Assembly: GCA_964637485.1 (NCBI GenBank)
Contig: CAZWUU010000001.1
Span: forward strand, 1-46,451
DNA: 46,451 nucleotides
Origin: an uncultured Candidatus Saccharibacteria bacterium
GTDB taxonomy: Bacteria; Patescibacteriota; Minisyncoccia; Phycocordibacterales; PALSA-1337
Direction of reading: 5' to 3'
Shown here piece by piece: positions 1-8,450 of this stretch (positions within the stretch are counted from its first letter, which is position 1; the number at the start of each line of letters is the position of its first letter). The position numbers were made by a program, and so were the translations under genes. Under the pieces are notes generated by a model. It was not told where the DNA came from, searched no databases, and worked only from the letters and a program-made list of their open reading frames with translations.

Positions 1-2
1 CC

Positions 3-962
3 AATAATATACTGCTTCATTGTCATCCTTCACCTGACCCTGATTCGGTCGGTTCGGCACTGGCTATGAGATTTGCTCTCGAGCAATTGGGTAAAAAGGT
101 AACAGTTATAAAAGGAGACTCAGACCTATCAAAAGGCTTCATGCATTTTCCTGGAGCAAAAGATATAGTGCTCAAAAATTTTTCAGAAATAGACCGCACT
201 ATATATGACCTTTTTATCGTTTTGGATTCGTCTACATTGGACAGAATATCGGGTTTGGTAGATGTATCTTCGTTTGGTGAGATAAAGCTGATAAATATAG
301 ACCATCATGTTTCCAATACAGGATTCGGATATATCAATATGATAGTTTCGGATTATCCCGCAACAGCACAAATATTATATGACCTGTTTTTGAAATGGGG
401 CATAGAGATAAATGACAATATTGCTACAAACCTATTTATAGGAATATACACCGACACGGGAGGCTTGAAATACAGGAATGTCAGCAGACGAACATACGAA
501 ATCATGGCAGATTTGGTCACTAAGACGAAAAACTTTTCAGAATGCATAGATAAGATGGAAAATTCTAACACCCCGGAAGTGTTGGCATTCGTCGGATTGG
601 CCATGAATAATATCCGGACTTTTTGCCAAGGCAGAGTGGCAATTTCCGCCATTACTTTCGAAGAATTAAGAAGGAGAAATATTAAAGAGTCAGATATGGG
701 CATAATGCAGATTTCACCACTTCTACGATCTGTCGATGGTTGGGACTTAGATATAGCCTTGATTGAAACGAAACCAGGGAACATAAAAGTCGGACTTAGA
801 ACGAGAGACGAATCTGTTTTTGATCTTACGAAGTTGGCTACTGCTCTCGGCGGAGGCGGTCACAAATCGGCCGCTGGAGCATTGATCAAGGACAGTTCCA
901 TCGAAAAGGCGATCGACATAGTTGTTAATAAAGCCAAAGAAATTTATAATCTGAAAGACTAA
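3..962 (+). CDS. DHH/DHHA1-family phosphoesterase (NrnA-like oligoribonuclease/pAp phosphatase); 5' end cut by window edge
   Basis: The frame of ORF 66..962 stays open back to nt 3 (NNILLHCHPSPDPDSVGSALA, DHH motifs I/II). NIDHHVSN is the DHH motif and GGGGHKSAAG is the DHHA1 motif. Confidence 0.85.
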   Translation, partial: NNILLHCHPSPDPDSVGSALAMRFALEQLGKKVTVIKGDSDLSKGFMHFPGAKDIVLKNFSEIDRTIYDLFIVLDSSTLDRISGLVDVSSFGEIKLINIDHHVSNTGFGYINMIVSDYPATAQILYDLFLKWGIEINDNIATNLFIGIYTDTGGLKYRNVSRRTYEIMADLVTKTKNFSECIDKMENSNTPEVLAFVGLAMNNIRTFCQGRVAISAITFEELRRRNIKESDMGIMQISPLLRSVDGWDLDIALIETKPGNIKVGLRTRDESVFDLTKLATALGGGGHKSAAGALIKDSSIEKAIDIVVNKAKEIYNLKD

Positions 963-971
963 TCAAAAAAT

Positions 972-1661
972 ATGAATAAAAACTCAATCATGGTTTCCGG
1001 TATAGTAATTTTCGTAGTTTTGGCAGTAATGTGGTTTGTTTTTGATAGGCAATACAAGCAAACACTTTCATCAGATGTCGTGTCTGAGAATCCTGGTGTG
1101 ACTCCTGTAGATGTTACTGCGAGTGTCGGTGGAAATGTGGCTACTGGTACGGCGACTATTATAAATAAAGCAGATAAAAATTTTATGCATACGATAACCA
1201 TAGAGACTAACAAAGGTAAGATAGTATTCGAGACTTATGATATGGATGCTCCAAACACAGTTAACAATTTTGTGACGCTAGCAAATAAAGGTTTTTATAA
1301 TGGGGTCATATTTCACCGCGTCATAGAAGGGTTTATGATTCAGGGTGGTGATCCGACAGGAACCGGACGTGGTGGGCCTGGATATCAGTTTGCAGACGAG
1401 CTAAATAGTATTACGGAATCATATAAGAAGGGGTATGTACGCGGAACAGTCGCTATGGCAAATGCAGGACCCAATACAAATGGAAGTCAGTTTTTCATAA
1501 TGCACAAGGATACACCACTACCAAATGCATACACAATATTTGGAAGAGTGGTGTCAGGAATGGACGTGGTAGATGCGATCGCTTCGTCTGAAGTTGATGC
1601 AAATGACAAGCCTGTCGTATCCGTTGTCATGAATAAAGTTTCAGTACAGGAAAAGAAATAA
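972..1661 (+). CDS. ppiB: Cyclophilin-type peptidyl-prolyl cis-trans isomerase with N-terminal membrane anchor
   Basis: FHRVIEGFMIQGGDPTGTGRGGPGYQFADE and GSQFFI are the cyclophilin signature. N-terminal hydrophobic helix IMVSGIVIFVVLAVMWFVF. Confidence 0.92.
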   Translation: MNKNSIMVSGIVIFVVLAVMWFVFDRQYKQTLSSDVVSENPGVTPVDVTASVGGNVATGTATIINKADKNFMHTITIETNKGKIVFETYDMDAPNTVNNFVTLANKGFYNGVIFHRVIEGFMIQGGDPTGTGRGGPGYQFADELNSITESYKKGYVRGTVAMANAGPNTNGSQFFIMHKDTPLPNAYTIFGRVVSGMDVVDAIASSEVDANDKPVVSVVMNKVSVQEKK

Positions 1662-1662
1662 T

Positions 1663-2430
1663 ATGTCCGAATATTACAATTCAAGAAGAACAAGAAATCT
1701 TTACGATGAGGACGAACCATTCAAGATCAGTCGGTCCAAGATAGATTTGTTCATGAATTGTCCGCTTTGCTTCTATTTGGACAGAAAATTGGGAGTAGGC
1801 AGACCTCCTGGTTTTCCATTCAACCTGAACACAGCGGTAGATACATTACTAAAGAAAGAATTCGATATTCATAGATCACTCGGCTCCTCTCATCCGCTCA
1901 TGGACGCATACGGATTGAAAAACGTCGTGCCATTCAATGATCCTAGAATGGAAATCTGGAGAGACAATTTTAAGGGAGTGTCATATCACCACAAGCCTAC
2001 AAATCTGACCATTACAGGGGCGGTGGATGATATATGGATCAATAAGGCGGGTGAATTGATAGTCGTCGATTATAAGGCCACCAGCAAGGAAGAAAAGATA
2101 GCCTTGGACAAAGACTGGCAGATAGCATACAAGAGACAGATGGAGATATATCAGTGGTTGCTTCTCGGTAATTCATTTAAAGTTTGCAAAACTGGATATT
2201 TCGTCTATTGCAATGGAAAGACTGACAGAAAAGCTTTTGACGGCAAATTGGAATTTGATATCGATCTAATACCTTATGAAGGTGACGGTTCATGGATACC
2301 AGATGTTCTGGTCGCCATGAAAGAATGCCTAAATGCCGATAAGGCACCGAAGCCGAGTAAGACTTGCGATTATTGCAACTACAGGCGATCAGCTCGCGAC
2401 GTACAAACCGAACTGGAAAAAAGTAAATAA
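1663..2430 (+). CDS. PD-(D/E)XK nuclease, Cas4/RecB-like, probable Fe-S cluster
   Basis: D..VVDYK and QMEIYQ motifs (D-EXK plus QxxxY). N-terminal CPLC and C-terminal C..CDYC cysteines resemble Cas4/AddB Fe-S ligands. It starts 1 nt after the ppiB stop. Confidence 0.7.
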   Translation: MSEYYNSRRTRNLYDEDEPFKISRSKIDLFMNCPLCFYLDRKLGVGRPPGFPFNLNTAVDTLLKKEFDIHRSLGSSHPLMDAYGLKNVVPFNDPRMEIWRDNFKGVSYHHKPTNLTITGAVDDIWINKAGELIVVDYKATSKEEKIALDKDWQIAYKRQMEIYQWLLLGNSFKVCKTGYFVYCNGKTDRKAFDGKLEFDIDLIPYEGDGSWIPDVLVAMKECLNADKAPKPSKTCDYCNYRRSARDVQTELEKSK

Positions 2431-2453
2431 TATTCACACAAATGTTCTACTTT

Positions 2454-2480
2454 GCAGTCGGCCACTTTGTGGCCGACTGC
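2454..2480. terminator. Perfect 12-bp hairpin between convergent genes (putative bidirectional terminator)
   Basis: gcagtcggccac-ttt-gtggccgactgc. It lies between the + gene ending at 2430 and the - gene ending at 2627. Only a weak T-run (attt) follows. Confidence 0.5.
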
Positions 2481-2626
2481 ATTTCGTATCGCTTAAAGCC
2501 GCAAGCGATATGTTGGGTATACGCAAATTATTTTATAAATGCCACCTCGACAGATGGCGCATATAGAATAGGTTTACACCGATAAATAATTGCTGAAGTT
2601 TATATGAAATATACAGAAAATCGGAC

Positions 2627-3304
2627 TTATTGAGATATCTTGCGTATCATGTAGCCGCGTCCTGGCACGTTTATCACGTATTGAGTAAGGCCGGCTTTCG
2701 CGAGTTTATTTCTCAAATTTCTGATGTGTGCTTCGAGTGTGTTTGAAAATGGATTTATATCAGAATCCCATACATGCTCCATGATCTCTGGGCGTGTTAC
2801 TACAGAGCCGGCATGTCTCAGGAGGTATTCAAGCAGATTGAATTCCTTCTTTGTAAGCGGAATCAGAGTGTCGCCGTGAGTGACTTCGAATGTGCCGAGA
2901 TTTAACTTTAGTTGGCCGTTTTGCATAATCTCGGATTTTATATCAGGCGCTCTTCTCGATATTGCATCTATGCGAGTCTTCAGTTCATTGATAGAAAAAG
3001 GTTTAGTGATGTAGTCATCTGCGCCCGCGCGAAAGGCTTCGATCTTTGTGTCTGTATCCATGGTGTTTGATAAAAAAATAATAGGAGTGTTTTTTCCTAT
3101 TGCTCGGATTTCTCTGCAGACTGTAATGCCATCTTTCTTGGGAAGCGAGTAATCGAGGATTATGACATCGTAGTTATATGTTCGTGCCAGGAATGAGCCG
3201 TCTGCGCCGTCGTGAGCGACTTCTACCGTATGGGCAAATGCACCAAGATTTGATTTGACCGAGGAGGCTAGGTTGATGTCATCGTCAACAACCAGTGTTT
3301 TCAT
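2627..3304 (-). CDS. OmpR/PhoB-family response regulator (receiver plus winged-helix)
   Basis: MKTLVVDDD, DVIILDYSLPKKDG and KPF receiver motifs. C-terminal LTKKEFNLLEYL...VPGRGY winged helix. The start is moved to the internal ATG at 3304 on homology and promoter position. Confidence 0.9.
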   Translation of the reverse strand: MKTLVVDDDINLASSVKSNLGAFAHTVEVAHDGADGSFLARTYNYDVIILDYSLPKKDGITVCREIRAIGKNTPIIFLSNTMDTDTKIEAFRAGADDYITKPFSINELKTRIDAISRRAPDIKSEIMQNGQLKLNLGTFEVTHGDTLIPLTKKEFNLLEYLLRHAGSVVTRPEIMEHVWDSDINPFSNTLEAHIRNLRNKLAKAGLTQYVINVPGRGYMIRKISQ

Positions 3305-3310
3305 AAGTCG

Positions 3311-3338
3311 AGTATAGTCATGCCCGACCATATGTCAA
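3311..3338 (-). promoter_or_regulatory. Sigma70-type promoter of the response regulator (leaderless geometry)
   Basis: Minus strand reads TTGACA-16 nt-TATACT-cgactt-ATG(3304). Confidence 0.55.
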
Positions 3339-3351
3339 TATTTACTTTGAG

Positions 3352-3380
3352 TTGCGTTTATTACGAATATCTGGTAAATT
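3352..3380 (+). promoter_or_regulatory. Promoter of rpsP (leaderless geometry)
   Basis: TTGCGT(3352-3357)-17 nt-TAAATT(3375-3380)-7 nt-ATG 3388. Confidence 0.5.
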
Positions 3381-3387
3381 CTGGCCT

Positions 3388-3732
3388 ATGTTAATGATAC
3401 GTTTGCAGAGGACTGGCAGAAAGCATGAGCCGACATTCAGGCTCGTTTTAACCGATTCCAAGAACGGTCCTAAAAGTGGTAAATATTTGGAGAATTTGGG
3501 CTGGTACGATACCAGGATCAAAAACGATATAAATCAGATAAAGATAGACAGGGTCAAATACTGGATGTCCCAGGGAGCGAAGACATCTGTCACCGTCAAC
3601 AATTTCCTAATTTCAAAAAAGGTTATAGAGGGCAAAAAGCTCAATGCTTTGCCTAAGAAAAAGCCTATAAAGAAGGCAGAAGAAGCTAAGCCTGCAGAGG
3701 CTTCGGCTCCTGCGCCAGCACCAGCTGCTTAA
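3388..3732 (+). CDS. rpsP: 30S ribosomal protein S16 with Lys/Ala/Pro-rich C-terminal tail
   Basis: MLMIRLQRTGRKHEPTFRLVLTDS matches the S16 N-terminus. The start is trimmed from 3352. Confidence 0.93.
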   Translation: MLMIRLQRTGRKHEPTFRLVLTDSKNGPKSGKYLENLGWYDTRIKNDINQIKIDRVKYWMSQGAKTSVTVNNFLISKKVIEGKKLNALPKKKPIKKAEEAKPAEASAPAPAPAA

Positions 3733-3744
3733 TATTTTATTTAC

Positions 3745-3773
3745 ACGGAAGGCGGGTACACTCCGTCTTTTTT
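3745..3773 (+). terminator. Weak intrinsic terminator candidate after rpsP
   Basis: acgga/tccgt 5-bp stem followed by c-TTTTTT. Confidence 0.3.
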
Positions 3774-3858
3774 GTGCTTTCTCTCAAAAAATGATTGTGT
3801 TACAATGCCCGCAGTACAGAATAGTTGCCTGTACACGATTAAAATTTAGATAAAGAAT

Positions 3859-4191
3859 ATGCCATTAGATCAGCAATTCCTAGAGTACGTTATAAAAGCG
3901 TTAGTCGATAACCCGAGTGCCGTTAAGATAAACAGAACAGTAGACGAAATGGGCGTCTTGCTCACTTTGGATATAGACGCTGCGGACATGGGTAAGATCA
4001 TCGGTCGTCAGGGTAATACAGCCAAGTCTATCAGGACACTGTTGCGAGTCGTCGGTATGAAGAATAATTCTAGAGTAAATTTGAAGATAAATGAGCCGGC
4101 AGGAGGACTCAAGTCTCAATCAGCTCCTGTGAGTTCACAGTCAGCATCGAAGTCTGTAGATGAAGCCATGGCTGATTTGAAATTGGACTAA
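3859..4191 (+). CDS. KH-domain RNA-binding protein (YlqC/UPF0109-like) with C-terminal extension
   Basis: GKIIGRQGNTAKSIRTLL GXXG KH motif. It sits in the conserved position between rpsP and trmD. Confidence 0.8.
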   Translation: MPLDQQFLEYVIKALVDNPSAVKINRTVDEMGVLLTLDIDAADMGKIIGRQGNTAKSIRTLLRVVGMKNNSRVNLKINEPAGGLKSQSAPVSSQSASKSVDEAMADLKLD

Positions 4192-4232
4192 ACAGATTGA
4201 ACGGATTAGAAATTTTGAATTGTGAATAGAAA

Positions 4233-4282
4233 GAGGTGTGAATGGAATATGCAGGATGCATACATTCACGCCTTTTTCTTTT
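4233..4282 (+). terminator. Intrinsic terminator after the KH gene
   Basis: aggtgtgaatg...cattcacgcct stem (one G-U pair) followed by ttttctttt. Confidence 0.6.
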
Positions 4283-4300
4283 GGCACAAAAATCAGAGTA

Positions 4301-4329
4301 TTGTCAATATTTCACAATTGCGCTAATCT
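4301..4329 (+). promoter_or_regulatory. Promoter of trmD (leaderless geometry)
   Basis: TTGTCA-17 nt-TAATCT-6 nt-ATG 4336. Confidence 0.5.
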
Positions 4330-4335
4330 CATCTC

Positions 4336-5019
4336 ATGATAAATTTTCATATCATCACTCTGTTTCCTGAAAGCCTTGATTCCTATCTGGGAACTTCCAT
4401 CATAAATAGAGCGCAAAAGAATAAACACATAGTGGTCAAATTTTACAATCCGCGCGACTTTGCTGTTTCGCAAATGGCAAAGAAACTCACTTATGCAGAA
4501 AGGAGAGTTGATGACAGGCCGTATGGCGGAGGCCCTGGAATGGTCATGGAGGCACTACCTGTCCTGAGGGCGATAGATAAGGCGGTAGGCAGGAAAATGA
4601 TAAGCAAGAAAAATAAAGTGAAAATCGTCTTCTTTACCCCGGCCGGTCAGTCATTTTCAAACACGATCGCCGATACATATAAATCATATACAGATATCGT
4701 ACTCATTTGCGGACGATATGAGGGCATAGATGCCAGAATAAAAAAGGTATTTCCGATGACTGAAATATCCGTGGGGGATTACGTTCTTACCGGAGGCGAA
4801 TTACCGGCCATGATCGTGATAGATGCTGTGACCAGAAGATTGCCCGGGGTGCTCGGTCACGATGAATCGGTAGAAGAAATGAGGGTAGCGGGTAGTGATG
4901 TCTATACAAGACCAGAAACATTTATATATAAAAAGAAGAAATATTCGGTTCCAAAAGTTCTGTTGTCGGGTCACCACGCAAACATCGATAAATGGAAGCG
5001 GGGTTTGAAGAAGAGATAG
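4336..5019 (+). CDS. trmD: tRNA (guanine37-N1)-methyltransferase
   Basis: IITLFPE, DDRPYGGGPGMVM, CGRYEGIDARI and GGELPAM motifs. Confidence 0.95.
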   Translation: MINFHIITLFPESLDSYLGTSIINRAQKNKHIVVKFYNPRDFAVSQMAKKLTYAERRVDDRPYGGGPGMVMEALPVLRAIDKAVGRKMISKKNKVKIVFFTPAGQSFSNTIADTYKSYTDIVLICGRYEGIDARIKKVFPMTEISVGDYVLTGGELPAMIVIDAVTRRLPGVLGHDESVEEMRVAGSDVYTRPETFIYKKKKYSVPKVLLSGHHANIDKWKRGLKKR

Positions 5020-5055
5020 GAAATCGCCAAATGCTTGTGTCATAGTCAGAATTCA

Positions 5056-5084
5056 TTGACAGTGAAATATATGTATGTTAGCTT
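5056..5084 (+). promoter_or_regulatory. Candidate rpoBC promoter
   Basis: TTGACA(5056-5061)-17 nt-TAGCTT(5079-5084), about 170 nt upstream of the rpoB ATG. Confidence 0.4.
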
Positions 5085-5203
5085 GTGGATAACTTCGCAG
5101 ATTGAGTTCTGCCCTAGCGGAGGATTATAAAGGTCAGTCCGCTCCGCGGAAATCTACCCATAATCTCTTGATTATAAATCAACGGTAACAGAAAACCCGT
5201 TCT

Positions 5204-5229
5204 CGTTCTCAATTTTGAGGACGTTTTTT
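5204..5229 (+). promoter_or_regulatory. Terminator-like hairpin in the rpoB leader (possible attenuator)
   Basis: cgttctc-aatttt-gaggacg (7 bp, one G-U pair) followed by TTTTTT, 28 nt before ATG 5257. Confidence 0.3.
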
Positions 5230-5256
5230 CGTTTTCTATTTTAATAACAAATAAAT

Positions 5257-8200
5257 ATGCCAACCCAAATCAGACCGAAGAAATATTTTTCTCGATATGA
5301 GAAACCTTTAGCTCCGATTCCAAACCTGGTCGAATCACAGATGCTATCCTATACGGATTTCTTGGAGAAAAGTTTGCCGGGTATTCTCAAGGAATTTTCT
5401 CCGATCAAGGACTATGCCGAGAAGAAGTTCGAACTTACGCTGGGCAAGGTAGAGATAGTCAGACCGAAATACGACGAGCACTATGCCAAGGAAAATAAGC
5501 AAAATTTCGAAGGTCAGATAAAGATCACGGTCACTCTCAAGAATAAGACCTTAAACGTAATAAAGGACCAGGAGATGTTTCTGGCTGATATACCTCTTAT
5601 GACTGATCACGGCACATTTATCATAAATGGAGTAGAGCGCGTGATAGTGCCTCAACTCGCCAGATCTTTCGGCATATTCTTCACTTCGACAGAATTGAAA
5701 GGCAAGAATTTCTTCGGTGCGAAGATCATTCCTGCTAGAGGCGTATGGATGGAAATAGAGACTGACAATGATGGCACTGTATATTGCCGAATCGACAGGA
5801 AGAGGAAATTTCCGGTGAGTTCTCTGCTCAGGATCCTGGGTGCAAATACTGACGCAGATATCAAGAATCTTTTCAAGGCCGATCCTGATGCTATGAAAGT
5901 CATCGAAGGCACTCTCGCCAAAGATCATGCCAAGACAGCTGATGAGGCCTATGTAGAAATATATAAGAGATTGCGCGACGGTGATCTAGCAACTCCAGAA
6001 AATGCTAAGTCTTTCATCACTGCCATTCTAAACGCTGATCGATATGATCTATCCAGAGTCGGAAGATTCCGCTTTAACAAGCGCTTCGAGAAACCTATGG
6101 ATGAACAATCGCTCTCAAGACACACTCTGAATATAGACGACCTCGTCACAACGATCGGTTATATAGTGAAGCTCAATGTGACACCTGATATGAAGGCGGA
6201 TGATATAGATCACCTCGGAAGCCGACGCGTGAGATACGTGGGAGAACTTCTCGAACAGAGAATAAGACTCGGTCTTTCTCAAATGAAGAGAAATATTCAG
6301 GATAAAATGTCTACCATCGAGCCGGATGTGACTCTTCCTGTCTCATTCATATATCCTCGACCGTTGCAGGCAAGAATAAAAGAATTTTTCACCACCAACC
6401 AACTGTCGCAGTTCATGGAACAGACCAACACTCTCGGTGAAATAGAGAATCTGAGGCAGTTCACAGCGCTCGGTCCCGGCGGACTTTCCAGAGAAAGAGC
6501 TGGTTTTGAAGTGCGCGACGTGCATCCGTCTCACTATGGACGCCTTTGTCCTATTCATACACCGGAAGGTCCGAACATCGGTCTTGTGTTGCGTATGGCT
6601 ACTTATGCCCGAACAAATGAATTTGGCATGATAGAGACTCCGTATGCAAAAGTAAAAGACGGAAAGGTAACCAGCGAAATTGTTTACTTGAATGCCTTGG
6701 AGGAAGAAAATTATCGTATCGCCCATGCCGCCACTCCCAGAAAAGAAGACGGCACTCTCGTAAATGATGATATAGAAATCAGACAAAACGGCAAGCCGGC
6801 TTTGGCAAAGAAAAGCGAAGTTGACTTCATTGACGTTGCCACAAATCAAGCATTTTCAGTAGCTACTTCGCTAATTCCATTCGTAAACCATGATGATGCA
6901 AACAGAGCATTGATGGGATCGAACATGTTGAAGCAAGCGACTCCGTGCCTTGTACCTGAAGCCCCATTTGTCGCTACAGGCATAGAAGAGAAGGCCATTC
7001 TCGATACTGGCAGGATAATAGTTGCTCCAGAGGATGGTGACATAGTCGCCGTTGATGCCAGGAAGATCGTATTTCAGGGCAAGAAGTCAGGAAAAAAACA
7101 TGAATATAAACTCATCCTTTTCCAGAGGACAAATGGCTTTACGGCATTTCATCAGAGACCTGTTGTTTCTGTTGGCGATAAGGTCAAGAAAGGAGATGTT
7201 CTGGCAGATACATCGACATCAGAAAATGGTCAAATTGCTCTCGGTCATAACGCTCTAGTCGCATTTATGTCGTGGTCAGGAAATAACTATGAGGACGCTA
7301 TCATTCTTTCAGAAAGAGTCGTAAAGAATTCCAAGTGGAGCTCCGTTCACATAGAAGAATTTGTCGTAAACGTTCGCGAGACCAAACTGGGTCCAGAAGT
7401 TACAACATGTGACATACCGAACGTCGGCGAAGCCAAGCTCAAAAATTTGACCGAAGAAGGTATTGTCCGCATCGGCGCTGAAGTCAGGCCTGGCGACATC
7501 CTGGTCGGTAAGATCAGTCCGAAAGGTGAGACACAGCTCACTCCCGAAGAAAGGTTGTTGCGATCTATTTTCGGCGAAAAGGCCAGAGATGTGAAAGATA
7601 CATCCAAGAGAATGGAAAACGGCAAGCGGGGCCGAGTCATAACAGTAAAGGTATTTTCTCGAGAACATGGAGATAAATTGGATTCAGGAATAATCAAACA
7701 GATATACATAGAAGTCGCCGAAGTCAGAAACATTTCTGTCGGTGACAAAATGGCAGGAAGGCACGGAAAAAAAGGTGTCATATCCAAGATTTTGCCGGAA
7801 GAAGAGATGCCATTCATGGAGGATGGAACTCCTATCGATGTCATATTGACTCCGCTCGGTGTGCCTTCTCGTATGAACTTGGGACAAATACTAGAATTGC
7901 ATCTAGGTCTTGCAGCCAATAGTCTGGGATATCAAGCGATAGTTCCTCCATTTGCCGGAGCTACAGATACAGAGATAAAGGATGAACTTAAGAAGGCCGG
8001 ATACGATACGACGGGTAAGATGAAACTCCGAGATGGAAGAACCGGAGAATACTTCGATCAGCCTATAGCGGTCGGATATATGTACATATTGAAACTTCAC
8101 CACATGGTGGAAGACAAGATACACATGCGTTCGATAGGTCCTTATTCTCTCATCACTCAGCAACCGTTGGGCGGTAAGGCACAGGGTGGAGGTCAGCGCT

Positions 8201-8442
8201 TCGGAGAAATGGAAGTCTGGGCTCTTCTTGGTCATGGTGCGGCTCATACTCTGCGAGAAATTCTTACAGTCAAATCAGATGATATAGTCGGTCGTTCAGC
8301 TACATTCGACGCTATCGTCAAGGGTGAGAAGATGAAACTACCGAATTTGCCGGCATCATTCAATGTCTTGTTAAAGACTTTGAGAGGTCTGGCCTTGAAT
8401 GTGGAGCTTATCAGCAAGCCGTCGACAACTAACGAAGAATAA
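5257..8442 (+). CDS. rpoB: DNA-directed RNA polymerase subunit beta
   Basis: 1061 aa with typical beta-subunit blocks (GTFIINGVERVIV, RALMGSNM, GDKMAGRHGKKGV, GGQRFGEMEVWAL). Confidence 0.98.
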   Translation: MPTQIRPKKYFSRYEKPLAPIPNLVESQMLSYTDFLEKSLPGILKEFSPIKDYAEKKFELTLGKVEIVRPKYDEHYAKENKQNFEGQIKITVTLKNKTLNVIKDQEMFLADIPLMTDHGTFIINGVERVIVPQLARSFGIFFTSTELKGKNFFGAKIIPARGVWMEIETDNDGTVYCRIDRKRKFPVSSLLRILGANTDADIKNLFKADPDAMKVIEGTLAKDHAKTADEAYVEIYKRLRDGDLATPENAKSFITAILNADRYDLSRVGRFRFNKRFEKPMDEQSLSRHTLNIDDLVTTIGYIVKLNVTPDMKADDIDHLGSRRVRYVGELLEQRIRLGLSQMKRNIQDKMSTIEPDVTLPVSFIYPRPLQARIKEFFTTNQLSQFMEQTNTLGEIENLRQFTALGPGGLSRERAGFEVRDVHPSHYGRLCPIHTPEGPNIGLVLRMATYARTNEFGMIETPYAKVKDGKVTSEIVYLNALEEENYRIAHAATPRKEDGTLVNDDIEIRQNGKPALAKKSEVDFIDVATNQAFSVATSLIPFVNHDDANRALMGSNMLKQATPCLVPEAPFVATGIEEKAILDTGRIIVAPEDGDIVAVDARKIVFQGKKSGKKHEYKLILFQRTNGFTAFHQRPVVSVGDKVKKGDVLADTSTSENGQIALGHNALVAFMSWSGNNYEDAIILSERVVKNSKWSSVHIEEFVVNVRETKLGPEVTTCDIPNVGEAKLKNLTEEGIVRIGAEVRPGDILVGKISPKGETQLTPEERLLRSIFGEKARDVKDTSKRMENGKRGRVITVKVFSREHGDKLDSGIIKQIYIEVAEVRNISVGDKMAGRHGKKGVISKILPEEEMPFMEDGTPIDVILTPLGVPSRMNLGQILELHLGLAANSLGYQAIVPPFAGATDTEIKDELKKAGYDTTGKMKLRDGRTGEYFDQPIAVGYMYILKLHHMVEDKIHMRSIGPYSLITQQPLGGKAQGGGQRFGEMEVWALLGHGAAHTLREILTVKSDDIVGRSATFDAIVKGEKMKLPNLPASFNVLLKTLRGLALNVELISKPSTTNEE

Positions 8443-8450
8443 TAAATACC

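Noticed and set aside
2333-2566. 77-aa ORF spanning the end of the Cas4-like gene and the intergenic hairpins
   Set aside because: It overlaps a better-supported gene out of frame. It runs through a perfect 12-bp hairpin and gives an implausible Arg/Cys-rich product.
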